A stretch of 64,000 nucleotides of DNA, taken from assembly GCA_033764955.1 (NCBI GenBank), contig JANRIL010000023.1:64001-128000 (forward strand). The letters run 5' to 3'. Each line of letters starts with the position of its first letter. Within the stretch, counting starts at the first letter, position 1. The notes under the pieces were generated by a model. That model saw only the letters and a program-made list of their open reading frames with translations. It had not been told where the DNA came from and did not search any database. Positions 9,505-19,937 of this stretch are shown here, piece after piece. The stretch is from Cyanobacteriota bacterium. GTDB lineage: Bacteria; Cyanobacteriota; Cyanobacteriia; Thermostichales; Thermostichaceae. The position numbers and the translations under genes were made by a program.

Positions 9505-10389
9505 ATGCAGTACAACTCCAGAGGATCTATTCCTCCGATGGCCGACAAAGCGAATGGGCGCAGACAGTCTGTCTTTTCAGAAACCGCTTATCCTCCATCA
9601 ACTCATCAACCCAGCCAGCCGGCTCAACGAGCCACTCATCCTGGTGTGCCCTTGGCTATCTATCAAGAGGTGTTGCAGGAGCTGGAGTTGACTCGTCAGC
9701 AGCTACAGCAGGTATTGGTTGAAAAGCAGCGCATGGCTAGCCAGCAGGTTGAGCTAGAACAAGTAGCCACCGAACTGTATAGTGTTTTGGCTAATAAAAT
9801 CGCTCAATTGCAGCGGATACAAGCAGTCACTGCCCCTCCTCCTGGAATGATGCCCCCTCCTAATTCTGCTGCTCCTGCTAGCTATGAGTTTTTGGATCGC
9901 CTTAAGCAACGGCAACAACCCTTTCCACCCCAAAATACAGCCGAAACCAGCTATGGAGGGATCCCTTCCCTAGAGGAGTTACAACGCTCCTCGCCCAGCC
10001 AGTCTGCGCCGCCCTTTGAATCTACCTATGCTCCCCCGCGAGGACGGAGTGCTCCCCCCCGTCCGGACTCCCGCCGCCCCTCAACCCGCAACAGCTATAG
10101 TTCTGAGATGGGCTATACCAGTCGCTCCGGCAAGTTTGACTCTCCTAAGAAGGAAAGCGCAGAAGAAGCGGATTTGTTCGCTGGATTGGCAGAAGAGGCT
10201 CCCGATTATCCCAGTGGCTTGTATCAGCGAGCCCGCGAACAGCATAGCAACTCTCAACCCCTTGCCCTTTGGATCATTGCTGCCCTGCTCTTGGTGCTGG
10301 GATCCTTTGGGGCTGGTTTTTTGGTGGTTCAGCCATTTGTACGGGAAGCCGATCCACCCTCGGTTGCTCCTCCCACGGAATCTCCGTAG
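9505..10389 (+). CDS. hypothetical protein: coiled coil, low-complexity region, C-terminal TM
   Basis: Long ORF; VPLAIYQEVLQEL coiled coil; WIIAALLLVLGSFGAGFLVVQP TM. Confidence 0.7.
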   Translation: MQYNSRGSIPPMADKANGRRQSVFSETAYPPSTHQPSQPAQRATHPGVPLAIYQEVLQELELTRQQLQQVLVEKQRMASQQVELEQVATELYSVLANKIAQLQRIQAVTAPPPGMMPPPNSAAPASYEFLDRLKQRQQPFPPQNTAETSYGGIPSLEELQRSSPSQSAPPFESTYAPPRGRSAPPRPDSRRPSTRNSYSSEMGYTSRSGKFDSPKKESAEEADLFAGLAEEAPDYPSGLYQRAREQHSNSQPLALWIIAALLLVLGSFGAGFLVVQPFVREADPPSVAPPTESP

Positions 10390-10422
10390 AATCACAGGGT
10401 AGGCTCAGGAATAGGGTGCCGG

Positions 10423-10965
10423 ATGGGTGTGTCCCTAGTGGAGATATTGGATGCTTCAGCGTTAGATCAAACCTGTCAGGGGCTAGCGGCAGATATTCTG
10501 GCTGCCTACCCAGTTTGGCAGCAGGTGGTTCTGATCGGCATCCGCACTCGTGGTGTTCCCTTGGCTCACCGACTGGCGGGTCATTTGCAACAGTGGACGG
10601 GTTCAGAGCGACGTATCCCTGTGGGAGCCTTGGATATCACCTTTTTTCGGGACGATTTGACACAGTCTGGCTTGCGAACCCCAGATCTCAGCCAAATTCC
10701 TGGGGATCTGACTCAGCAGCAGGTGATCTTAGTGGATGATGTTATTTTTCGGGGGCGCACGATTCGGGCAGCTCTGGAAGCCCTCAATCATTTGGGACGC
10801 CCCCAAGTGGTGCGTTTGGCCGTATTGATTGATCGCGGACACCGTGAGCTGCCCATCCATCCTGATTTTGTCGGACTTTCCATCACCACCCAGCCCAACG
10901 ATCAGGTGCGGGTGCATTTACGCGAACAGGACGGTGAGGATCGCGTTTTTGTAGAACAGAATTAG
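10423..10965 (+). CDS. pyrR: bifunctional pyr regulator / uracil phosphoribosyltransferase
   Basis: GIRTRGVPLA, GALDITFFRDDL, ILVDDVIFRGRTIRAAL, DRGHRELPIHPDFVG. Confidence 0.95.
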   Translation: MGVSLVEILDASALDQTCQGLAADILAAYPVWQQVVLIGIRTRGVPLAHRLAGHLQQWTGSERRIPVGALDITFFRDDLTQSGLRTPDLSQIPGDLTQQQVILVDDVIFRGRTIRAALEALNHLGRPQVVRLAVLIDRGHRELPIHPDFVGLSITTQPNDQVRVHLREQDGEDRVFVEQN

Positions 10966-11065
10966 GGATCCCTGAATCTCCCCCTTGCCACCGTTCTCCT
11001 ATCGGTCTCATGAACTACCACCCAACACCGATCCTCCTCCTGTTTGGATCATCTCCCCTCAGCCT

Positions 11066-12031
11066 CTAGAGCCAGTCGTGGCGAGGCAAGATCGCTTTGG
11101 GCAACAGACCATGAACTCCTTTCTGGGGGCTATTAACCACCTGAGTAATGTGAAAATGAACCCCCAAACTGCATAGTACATAGGCTTCTTCCGGATCCAG
11201 ATGGAGACGGGTGACCAAAAAGTCAATCATCTGTTGCAGAGCTTGTTCAAAGGCTTGATCGAGGGTGGAGCCAAACCCCATCGTGATGAAATCGCTGGCG
11301 GTTTCTGCCAAGGGCAGGGTGAGGGATAAGTCTCGGCGGAGGATCAACTGCAAACGGCCATTCATAGAGGTTTCAATAGCCGTCACATCGATTTCCCCAT
11401 CCCCCTGTACGGCATGTCCATCCCCTACTGAAAACAGTCCCCCCGCCAAAAAAATAGGCAAAAAGACACGGGATCCCGGACGGAGATGGCGGTTATCCAG
11501 ATTGCCACCATAGATACCCGGAGGGATGGAATTGCGATCCGTCTCGGCGGTGGCCACCCCCAAAATGCCAAAAAAGGGAGCCAGAGGGATGCGGATGCCA
11601 CTTGCTGGGGGAAATTCGGCAACCTGATGCTGCAAATCAAGGTCAATAAAGCGCAGGCGGGGCTGATCAAAGCGTTGGGGTAAAGCTCCCCAGCCGGGGC
11701 GGATGGCGTTAAATCCCACGGATAAACTGGGCTGAATGGATCCCAACCGTACTTCTAGGACATCCCCCGGCATCGCCCCCTGCACGGCAATCGGGCCTGT
11801 TAACAGGTGTGGTCCTGGCCCTACCTTCCGATCCGCCGCCAAATTTTCCACAATGTCTGCCAAAGCAGGTGGCACAAAATGGGGGGGAGCTACCTGACAC
11901 ACGCCAAATCCAGTAAAGGTTTCCACCTCCACCCAGTCCCCCGAATTGACGGTGAGGGCAGGCGGTAAAGCTGACGAAAATCCCCCCAGATGAACGGTTT
12001 GACAAGTGGCTTTCAGGATATGGCAAGTCAT
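11066..12031 (-). CDS. acetamidase/formamidase family protein
   Basis: GPHLLTGPIAVQGAMPGDVLEV, PPGIYGGNLDN, SVGDGHAVQGDGEI...AIET. Confidence 0.9.
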   Translation of the reverse strand: MTCHILKATCQTVHLGGFSSALPPALTVNSGDWVEVETFTGFGVCQVAPPHFVPPALADIVENLAADRKVGPGPHLLTGPIAVQGAMPGDVLEVRLGSIQPSLSVGFNAIRPGWGALPQRFDQPRLRFIDLDLQHQVAEFPPASGIRIPLAPFFGILGVATAETDRNSIPPGIYGGNLDNRHLRPGSRVFLPIFLAGGLFSVGDGHAVQGDGEIDVTAIETSMNGRLQLILRRDLSLTLPLAETASDFITMGFGSTLDQAFEQALQQMIDFLVTRLHLDPEEAYVLCSLGVHFHITQVVNSPQKGVHGLLPKAILPRHDWL

Positions 12032-12161
12032 GGACAACCCAGCAAAAAATGGATGAGCCATATTAGCAAACAAACCCTATTTGGGGATCCCACCCACCTG
12101 ATGAGCAGAGGGACGTCAGCATAGGTTGTAGAGTGGTTTTGCAAAAGGAGATGGAATCGCC

Positions 12162-12698
12162 GTGTTAAAGGGTTGGGGGGGAATCAATATTCCGACATGG
12201 ATCACCATCGCTCGCCTGCTGGGGATCCCGGTGATTTTGTGGGGACTAGCACTGGCCACTCCCCAGGGACGTTGGATTGCTCTGCTGGCGTTTGGGGTTG
12301 CCGCCCTAACAGACTGGCTGGATGGCTATCTGGCTCGGCGTTGGCAGCAGGAGACAGAGTTGGGCAAGTTTTTGGATCCCTTGGTGGATAAATTGTTGGT
12401 GTTAGCCCCCCTCTTGAGCCTGGTTGAGTTGGGACAGGTGCCCGCTTGGGGAGTGTTTTTGTTGCTGGCACGGGAGTTAACCATTGCCGGATGGCGGGTG
12501 CAGCAAACCCAAATTGCTGGAGCCAATCTGTGGGGCAAAGCCAAAACAACTCTGCAAATGGTAGCGATTGGGCTGCTTATCCTCGAATGGACGGGGGGAT
12601 TGCTGATGTTTTGGTTGGCGGTAGCCTTGACGTTGATTTCCGGACTGATCTACCTGCTTCCCCCCCCCAGATATCCAGCCCTAAGGGATCCCCTATGA
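12162..12698 (+). CDS. pgsA: CDP-diacylglycerol--glycerol-3-phosphate 3-phosphatidyltransferase
   Basis: [21 protein letters not shown]...[16 protein letters not shown]. Confidence 0.95.
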   Translation: MLKGWGGINIPTWITIARLLGIPVILWGLALATPQGRWIALLAFGVAALTDWLDGYLARRWQQETELGKFLDPLVDKLLVLAPLLSLVELGQVPAWGVFLLLARELTIAGWRVQQTQIAGANLWGKAKTTLQMVAIGLLILEWTGGLLMFWLAVALTLISGLIYLLPPPRYPALRDPL

Positions 12699-13183
12699 AA
12701 GAGTGCATTTTAGGGATAGATCCCGGCATGGCGACGGTGGGCTTTGGCAGCATTTGGGCGGATCCTCAGGCAGAAACCGTTGAACCATCCGAGTATGGCG
12801 TGATCTCAACTCCCACCTCCGCCTCTATCCCTGAACGATTAGCTATTCTCTACGAAGATCTGACCCATTTGCTGGGGCAGATCCAACCGCAGCGGGTGGG
12901 GATTGAAAAACTCTTTTTCTACAAAATGGGCAATACCATCCTGGTAGCTCAGGCTCGCGGGGTGATTTTACTGGTTTTGGCTCAGCACCATCTGATCCCT
13001 GAGGAATACACTCCCGCTCAGGTGAAGCAAAGTTTAACGGGTTATGGTAAAGCTGATAAACAGGCCGTCCAAAGTGCTGTCACCCACGAACTACGCCTCT
13101 CCCAGATTCCCCGACCGGATGATGCAGCGGATGCCCTCGCCATTGCCCTGACCGTCTGGCACCATCGCTTTGCCCGTGATTGA
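12695..13183 (+). CDS. ruvC: Holliday junction resolvase
   Basis: [52 protein letters not shown] overlap with pgsA stop. Confidence 0.95.
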   Translation: MKECILGIDPGMATVGFGSIWADPQAETVEPSEYGVISTPTSASIPERLAILYEDLTHLLGQIQPQRVGIEKLFFYKMGNTILVAQARGVILLVLAQHHLIPEEYTPAQVKQSLTGYGKADKQAVQSAVTHELRLSQIPRPDDAADALAIALTVWHHRFARD

Positions 13184-13220
13184 AACGGATCCCTCCCTAA
13201 ACGTGGCTAGGGATCCGTTT
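13183..13220. repeat. perfect 12-bp inverted repeat after ruvC
   Basis: AAACGGATCCCT-N14-AGGGATCCGTTT. Confidence 0.7.
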
Positions 13221-13271
13221 ATCCGTCGATCTGCGTCAAAATTGATCTGCATTGCTATGGCTATTTTCTGA

Positions 13272-13622
<351 letters not shown>

Positions 13623-13720
13623 ATTGAGGCATCCTTCCCCACGCTTTCCCCACGCTTTTTCCGGTTCTGGATGTCTTTGGATCCCTCTGCTCAGTTGCCC
13701 TAACATTGCCTCAACCCATC

Positions 13721-14236
13721 ATGACAGCCCGTAGTTTCTCCTTTGCCCGTGTGCGCGAGCATCTGCTGTTTCAAACCCTCAGCGATGAGGAATGGCAGGA
13801 ATTGTTGACCTACCTGCGGCCTAGTCGCTATCAGCCGGCCCAGACCATTTTTCAAGAGGGGGATGCCAGCAGTGATCTCTATCTCATCTTGAGTGGGGTG
13901 GTGGAACTGCGGCGACAATTTGCCCGTCATCCCGGCGATTATCTCTTAGCTACCCTTCATGCCGGACGAGTCTTTGGAGAAATGTCTCTCTTGACGGGGC
14001 GACGGCGCACCACCACCGCCATTGCCATCATTGATGTCGAGGCCGCCCAACTGCCCGCCCGCAACCTCACCCTCATGTCGCCGCCTTTGCAGGTCAAGCT
14101 GCATCGCGCCTGGGGAGAGATGATCGGGGAGCGCCTACACGCCCTAGAAAGCATGTTTGCCGACCTACTGGAGCAACGGGGAGCCGAAAATGCTGCCGTT
14201 ACGATGGCTACCCTCCACCAACGCTACCAGCCTTAA
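13721..14236 (+). CDS. cyclic-nucleotide-binding domain protein
   Basis: IFQEGD...LYLILSGVV...GRVFGEMSLL...RTTTAIA; no HTH tail. Confidence 0.85.
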   Translation: MTARSFSFARVREHLLFQTLSDEEWQELLTYLRPSRYQPAQTIFQEGDASSDLYLILSGVVELRRQFARHPGDYLLATLHAGRVFGEMSLLTGRRRTTTAIAIIDVEAAQLPARNLTLMSPPLQVKLHRAWGEMIGERLHALESMFADLLEQRGAENAAVTMATLHQRYQP

Positions 14237-14348
14237 ACCAGAGAAGCTTACCCTGTCGATCCCAAAGATTTTCAGAAGTGTGGTAAGGAGTTGCGATATC
14301 ATGTGCTAAGCAGCAGGCAAAATTTGTAAGCAGTGAGGTCAAGGAGCA

Positions 14349-15368
14349 GTGGTAAGAGTAGCAATCAATGGATTCGGACGAATTGGCAGAAATTTTCTAC
14401 GGTGCTGGTTGGGTCGCTCTAGCTCAAACCTGGAGGTCGTTGCTGTTAACGACACATCCGATGCTCGGACTGCTGCTCACCTCCTCAAATACGACTCGAT
14501 TTTGGGCCCGTTACAAGGAGCTGAGGTCTATCCCGAAGATGGCAACTTAGTGGTGAATGGTCAGACCATTCAAGTGGTTTCTGATCGCAATCCCAGCAAC
14601 CTACCCTGGAAGAGCCTGGGCATTGATCTGGTAATTGAGTCAACAGGGGTCTTTGTTGACTACCCAGGAGCCTCTCGCCATATCGAGTCGGGAGCCAAAA
14701 AAGTGATGATCACCGCCCCTGCCAAAGGAAGCGAGATACCCACATTTGTTTATGGGGTGAATCAACATACCTACGATCCGGTTCGCCACAACATTGTCAG
14801 CAATGCCAGTTGCACCACCAACTGCCTCACCCCCATCATCAAGGTGATTTTAGAAAAATTTGGCATTGTGCGCGCCACCATGACCACTACCCACAGCTAC
14901 ACCGGTGATCAACGCATTTTGGATGGTGGACACCGCGACCTGCGGCGGGCACGGGCAGCGGCATTGAGCATGGTTCCCACCACCACAGGGGCAGCAAAAG
15001 CGGTAGCCTTGGTGATTCCCGAATTGAAGGGCAAGCTGAACGGGGTCGCGGTGCGCGTGCCCACCCCCAATGTCTCTCTCGTGGATTTGGTGGTGCAGAC
15101 TGAAAAGCAAGTGATTGTTGAGGAAGTGAACGCCGCCCTCAAAGAAGCCTCCGAAACCGACCTAAAAGGGATCCTAGCCTATTCGGATATCCCCCTGGTG
15201 TCGATTGATTATCGTGGTCATGATTGCTCCTCGATCGTGGATGCAGAACTGACAGCCGTGCTGGGGGGAGATCTGGTCAAGATTATGGCTTGGTATGACA
15301 ACGAGTGGGGCTATTCGCAGCGAGTGGTTGACCTAGCGGAATATATGGCTAATCACTGGGTCGCTTAG
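14349..15368 (+). CDS. gap2: glyceraldehyde-3-phosphate dehydrogenase (Gap2 type)
   Basis: [53 protein letters not shown]. Confidence 0.95.
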   Translation: MVRVAINGFGRIGRNFLRCWLGRSSSNLEVVAVNDTSDARTAAHLLKYDSILGPLQGAEVYPEDGNLVVNGQTIQVVSDRNPSNLPWKSLGIDLVIESTGVFVDYPGASRHIESGAKKVMITAPAKGSEIPTFVYGVNQHTYDPVRHNIVSNASCTTNCLTPIIKVILEKFGIVRATMTTTHSYTGDQRILDGGHRDLRRARAAALSMVPTTTGAAKAVALVIPELKGKLNGVAVRVPTPNVSLVDLVVQTEKQVIVEEVNAALKEASETDLKGILAYSDIPLVSIDYRGHDCSSIVDAELTAVLGGDLVKIMAWYDNEWGYSQRVVDLAEYMANHWVA

Positions 15369-15427
15369 GGTAAGGATGACTTGCCCCAAGAGCTACTTAT
15401 CCCCTACCTCAGCTAGTCCCCACGGTT

Positions 15428-15468
15428 AACCCCATGTCCTCTGTTTTGAATGGAGTCATGGGGTTTTT
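15428..15468 (+). terminator. hairpin with T-tail between convergent gap2 and hemL
   Basis: AACCCCATG...CATGGGGTT followed by TTT. Confidence 0.55.
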
Positions 15469-15477
15469 CAGGTTCAT

Positions 15478-16773
15478 TTACAGTGCCGCCATGACCTGAC
15501 GAGCGGCTGCCAGGGTGGCGGCAATATCCTCATCGCTATGGGCTAACGAGGTAAAACCGGCTTCAAATTGAGAGGGAGCCAAATAAACCCCTGCCTCTAA
15601 CATGCCGCGGTGAAAGCGACTGAATTTTTGCAAGTCGGAGGTTTTGGCCTGCTCGTAGTTGTGAACAGGGCCGGCGGTGAAGAAGAAGCCAAACATTCCG
15701 CTGATCGAGCCACCACAAGCCGCATGTCCGGTTTCTTGGGCAATTGCCAATAACCCCTCCGCTAAGGTGTGGGTAATCCGATGCAGATATTCATAGGTGC
15801 CCGCTCGCTGCAAAATTTCCAGGGTTTTGATGCCGGCTGTCATAGCGAGGGGATTGCCAGACAAGGTTCCAGCCTGATACATTGGCCCCGCCGGGGCTAC
15901 CATTTGCATGATCTCCCGCCGTCCCCCATAGGCTCCCACCGGCAGTCCCCCGCCGATCACTTTTCCCAGGGTGGTCAGATCGGGAGTAACGCCAAAATAA
16001 GCCTGTGCCCCCCCATAGGCAATGCGAAAGCCCGTCATCACTTCATCAAAAACCAACAGTGCTCCGTGGGCCTGGGTCAGTTCCCGCAATCCCTGCAAAA
16101 ATCCGGGCTGAGGCGGAATAAAGCCAGCATTCCCCACCACCGGTTCCAGAATCAGTCCCGCAATTTCGCCAGGGTTTTCTTCAAATAGGGCGGCTACTGC
16201 CGCCAGATCGTTAAAGGGAGCCGTCAGGGTTTGGCTGGTGACGGACTTAGGCACTCCTGGTGAGTCGGGTAAGCCCAAGGTAGCCACACCGGATCCCGCC
16301 TTGACCAGAAACATATCGGCATGACCGTGGTAGCAGCCTTCAAATTTGATTACCTTTTCCCGACCCGTATAGGCTCGCATCAGACGCAACACCGCCATAC
16401 AAGCTTCGGTGCCGGAATTGACAAACCGCACCATTTCAACGCTCGGAACCGCAGCAATCACCATCTCCGCCAGTTGATTTTCGAGGGGGCAGGGGGCACC
16501 AAAACTCGTGCCTTTGGACAAAGCAGCCTGCAAGGCCGCGATTACTTCGGGATGGGCATGCCCGACAATGGCTGGCCCCCAACTGCCGATGTAGTCGATA
16601 TAACTGTTGCCATCCACATCCCAGGCACGGGATCCCGCTACCCGATCAAAGACAATCGGCTCTCCCCCCACTGATTTGAAGGCACGCACAGGAGAATTGA
16701 CCCCTCCCGGCATCAGATCCAGGGCTTGGGCAAAAAGGGTTTGGGAACGAGAGGTGTTGAGGAGGCTGGTCAT
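15478..16773 (-). CDS. hemL: glutamate-1-semialdehyde 2,1-aminomutase
   Basis: [52 protein letters not shown]. Confidence 0.97.
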   Translation of the reverse strand: MTSLLNTSRSQTLFAQALDLMPGGVNSPVRAFKSVGGEPIVFDRVAGSRAWDVDGNSYIDYIGSWGPAIVGHAHPEVIAALQAALSKGTSFGAPCPLENQLAEMVIAAVPSVEMVRFVNSGTEACMAVLRLMRAYTGREKVIKFEGCYHGHADMFLVKAGSGVATLGLPDSPGVPKSVTSQTLTAPFNDLAAVAALFEENPGEIAGLILEPVVGNAGFIPPQPGFLQGLRELTQAHGALLVFDEVMTGFRIAYGGAQAYFGVTPDLTTLGKVIGGGLPVGAYGGRREIMQMVAPAGPMYQAGTLSGNPLAMTAGIKTLEILQRAGTYEYLHRITHTLAEGLLAIAQETGHAACGGSISGMFGFFFTAGPVHNYEQAKTSDLQKFSRFHRGMLEAGVYLAPSQFEAGFTSLAHSDEDIAATLAAARQVMAAL

Positions 16774-16920
16774 TGCTATTGGGGATCCCTGAGTGACGGA
16801 ATAGATGGTGAGTCAAACCCATGCTTACGGGAGCGGTTGGGGGGCACCAATCAGGCCACATCTTAAGGGATCCCTTCCCCAAGTTCACGCTTTCTGTTAC
16901 AAATCCTCAAGCAGGTCAGC

Positions 16921-17856
16921 TCAAGCCCTGGCGGATTCTACGGGGAGAGCGGTTTGCATAGCGATGGTTTTACCTTCGTTGAGCAAATAGTCGGCAAAAG
17001 TCCGCGCTACCACCGAGAGATGTTTGCCCGCCAGATAGACCAAATACCAATCCCCCGGCAAAGGAAAGCCTTGCACGTCCAAGACGGAAAGATGTCCTAA
17101 TCCATCCCCCAGGGCTAACACATGCTTGGATAGGACGGAAATTCCCAGCCCGCCTACGACGGCTTGTTTGATGGCTTCACTGCTGCCCAACTCCATCCTG
17201 ACCTGCGGCGTCACCCCATGCTGGGCAAACCAGCGCTGAACGGCGGTGCGGGTGCCGGAGCCAGGTTCGCGCATCAGAAAGGGTTCTTGAGCCAGTTGGG
17301 CTGCCGAAATGTTGCAGGTGTGCGCCAGGGGGTGATCGGGGGCGGCCAAGACGAGCAAAGGGTTTTCCAAAAATGGTTGCGCCACAATATCAAGATCGGC
17401 GGGGGGAAGTCCCAAGATATAGAGGTCATCCAGATTATTGACCAGCCGCTCCAGCAATTGTTGGCGATTCGTTACTTGCAGGGTGATATCAATGCCGGGA
17501 TAGCGGTGACAAAAAGGCCCCAGCAGACGGGGAATAAAGTATTTGGCCGTTGTCACCACCGCCAGCCGGAGCCGCCCCTGCTTCAGCCCCTTCAGATCGG
17601 CGACTTTCATCTCCAGTTGATCCAGTTGGTCAAAAATGGCCTGACAGGTGCTATAGAGTTCTTGACCTGCTTCGGTCAGGTAGAGTTTCTTGCCCAATTG
17701 TTCAAATAAAGGCATCCCCACCGCTTTTGCCAGTTGCTTCACCTGCATGGAAACCGTCGGTTGCGTCAAAAACATTTCTTCGGCAGCCCGTGTAAAGCTG
17801 CGGTGACGAGCGGTGGCTTCAAAAACCTTGAGTTGATGGAGGGTGGCGTGCTTCAC
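16921..17856 (-). CDS. ccmR: LysR regulator of the CbbR subfamily (CcmR/NdhR/CmpR-like)
   Basis: ATLHQLKVFEATARH.SFTRAAEE..LTQPTVS, KQGRLRLAVVTTAKYFIPRLLG, MREPGSGTR, ELGSSEAIKQAV; exact ortholog (ccmR vs cmpR) uncertain. Confidence 0.8.
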   Translation of the reverse strand: MKHATLHQLKVFEATARHRSFTRAAEEMFLTQPTVSMQVKQLAKAVGMPLFEQLGKKLYLTEAGQELYSTCQAIFDQLDQLEMKVADLKGLKQGRLRLAVVTTAKYFIPRLLGPFCHRYPGIDITLQVTNRQQLLERLVNNLDDLYILGLPPADLDIVAQPFLENPLLVLAAPDHPLAHTCNISAAQLAQEPFLMREPGSGTRTAVQRWFAQHGVTPQVRMELGSSEAIKQAVVGGLGISVLSKHVLALGDGLGHLSVLDVQGFPLPGDWYLVYLAGKHLSVVARTFADYLLNEGKTIAMQTALPVESARA

Positions 17857-17899
17857 GGTGAGGGGATCCCCTAGCCCAGCACAGGTACTTTATCATTTA

Positions 17900-17919
17900 C
17901 CATTGTTAAAAGTCTATGG
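17900..17919 (-). promoter_or_regulatory. candidate autoregulatory CcmR/CmpR box
   Basis: Minus strand CCATAG-ACTTTTAA-CAATGG, i.e. ATAG-N8-CTAT with one mismatch, about 45 bp upstream of the LysR start. Confidence 0.5.
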
Positions 17920-18069
17920 ATTTGAAGGAAATGATTGACTAAGCCTGATTCAAGAAAAAGCCAGACGGATCCCGCTAGACCAGATGACCGGCTCTGAGAT
18001 CCAGCCTGCGACTCCCCTTAAAACGATAAAATGGGGGTGTTCCTGACTTAGTAATCGTTTGCTGATGCT

Positions 18070-19056
18070 ATGACTGAAGTAATGAAACCGGATCAGTTAA
18101 CGTCGGAGCCATCGGTTGCTAACGCTATTGCGGTAACGGGGCTAAGCAAGACCTATCGCACCGGATTTTGGCTCAACAAAGTTGTGAGACCGTTGCAAGA
18201 TTGTTCCTTGACGGTGGCTCAGGGAGAAACCTTTGGCCTATTGGGGCCGAATGGAGCCGGAAAAACCACTACCATCAAATGTTTGTTGGGAATTGTTCAG
18301 CCCTCGGCGGGATCCGGATCCCTGTTGGGCAGGCCGTTGGGGGAGCGCCAGATCAAGCAGCAGGTGGGGTATCTGCCGGAAAATCCTTACTTTTATGATT
18401 ATTTGACCGCTTGGGAGTTTTTACAGTTTGCCGGTCAGATTTTTCAACTGGCTCCAGCCCTATTGCAGGAGCGGATCCCGGCGTTGCTGGAGTTGGTGGG
18501 GTTACCGATAGATGTGGCTCGCAAGCGGCAATTACGCACCTACTCAAAGGGAATGCTGCAACGCACAGGCATGGCACAAGCCCTGATCAATGATCCCGCT
18601 CTCGTCTTTTTGGATGAGCCAATGTCGGGGTTAGATCCGATGGGGCGCTATCAAATGCGGGAAATCATTCTTTCGCTGAAAAAACAGGGGAAAACCGTCT
18701 TTTTTAATAGCCATGTCTTAGCCGATGTAGAGGTGATCTGCAATCGGGTGGGGTTGATTATCGGCGGCAAGCTGATTCGGCAGGGATCCCTAGATGAGTT
18801 GCTGGGACATTCGGAGGTCTACCAAGTCAAAGGCTATGGCGGCAATGTCCAGGCGGTGCGAGAGCGTTTTCAGGGGCTTGAGCAGCAGGGAGATCGTTGG
18901 CAGGCAGAATGGTCGGGATCCCCGTTGGATTGTGTTCAACTGGTGCAGGAGGCGGGGGCAACGTTGACGGATCTGCATCGGCAACGGCCTAGTTTGGAGG
19001 AGTTTTTTATTAGTCAGGTGCGGGCGCATCAACACCCCGATCACCCTACCGATTGA
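18070..19056 (+). CDS. ABC transporter ATP-binding protein
   Basis: GPNGAGKTT, YSKGMLQR, FLDEPMSGLDP. Confidence 0.93.
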   Translation: MTEVMKPDQLTSEPSVANAIAVTGLSKTYRTGFWLNKVVRPLQDCSLTVAQGETFGLLGPNGAGKTTTIKCLLGIVQPSAGSGSLLGRPLGERQIKQQVGYLPENPYFYDYLTAWEFLQFAGQIFQLAPALLQERIPALLELVGLPIDVARKRQLRTYSKGMLQRTGMAQALINDPALVFLDEPMSGLDPMGRYQMREIILSLKKQGKTVFFNSHVLADVEVICNRVGLIIGGKLIRQGSLDELLGHSEVYQVKGYGGNVQAVRERFQGLEQQGDRWQAEWSGSPLDCVQLVQEAGATLTDLHRQRPSLEEFFISQVRAHQHPDHPTD

Positions 19057-19072
19057 GAGGGATGGGGCGGGA

Positions 19073-19873
19073 TCACGCTTCAGCGGAGAGGGAAGAACTT
19101 TCGGTTTCGTCCGGTTTGCCCAAATAGGCTTCGATCACCCGTGGGTTGGCCTGCACTTGGGCGGGGGATCCCTCCGCAATTTTGATGCCATACTCCATCA
19201 CACTCACCTGATCGGAAATCTCCATCACCACCTTCATGTCATGTTCGATCAGCAGGATGGAGAGTTTGAGATCGCGTTTGAGGCGGTCAATCAGACGGGT
19301 GAGTTCGGCGGTTTCTTGGGGATTCATGCCAGCGGTCGGCTCATCTAAGAGTAAGAGCTTGGGATCCGAGGCCAAAGCACGGGCAATTTCTAAGCGCCGT
19401 TGATCACCGTAGGAGAGGTTCATCGCCTGATCTTCAGCTTTTTGGCGACCCAACCCCACAAAATCCAGTAAATCGAGGGCTTTCGCCTTGGCGTTAGCTT
19501 CCTCAGCTTTGACCCAACCGGGGCGCAAAAAAGCTCCCCATAGTCCTGCTTTGAGACGGCTGTGCTGCCCAACCAGAACGTTTTCTAAGGTGGTGAGGTT
19601 GCTAAACAGGCGGATATTTTGAAAGGTGCGAGCAATGCCCAAACGCACCAGCAGGTGGGGTGGGGATCCCGTGATGGCTCGTCCCTCAAACATCAACTGC
19701 CCCTTGGTGGGGGTATAAACACCCGTAATCATATTGAAAAAGGTAGTTTTGCCGGCTCCGTTCGGACCAATCACGCTGGCGATCATCCCCCGTTCAATAG
19801 CAAAGTCGATTTGATTAACAGCGGTTAAGCCACCAAATTGTTTGGTTAGTTGGATTGCTTCAAAAAAAGCCAT
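19073..19873 (-). CDS. branched-chain/neutral amino acid ABC ATP-binding protein (LivG/NatA-like)
   Basis: FGGLTAV, GPNGAGKTT, ARTFQNIRLF, LSYGDQRRLEIARALA, IEHDM. Confidence 0.92.
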   Translation of the reverse strand: MAFFEAIQLTKQFGGLTAVNQIDFAIERGMIASVIGPNGAGKTTFFNMITGVYTPTKGQLMFEGRAITGSPPHLLVRLGIARTFQNIRLFSNLTTLENVLVGQHSRLKAGLWGAFLRPGWVKAEEANAKAKALDLLDFVGLGRQKAEDQAMNLSYGDQRRLEIARALASDPKLLLLDEPTAGMNPQETAELTRLIDRLKRDLKLSILLIEHDMKVVMEISDQVSVMEYGIKIAEGSPAQVQANPRVIEAYLGKPDETESSSLSAEA

Positions 19874-19937
19874 ATCAATCCTGATCTCCTTGCTCAGCAA
19901 CAGCCATCATCCCCTGAATCCTTCCCTGTTGTTATGC

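Noticed and set aside
12446..12694. N-terminal extension of RuvC in the ORF track (similarly 5880, 32605, 45779, 59949, 60782)
   Set aside because: Overlaps the upstream gene or lacks family features; downstream ATGs fit better
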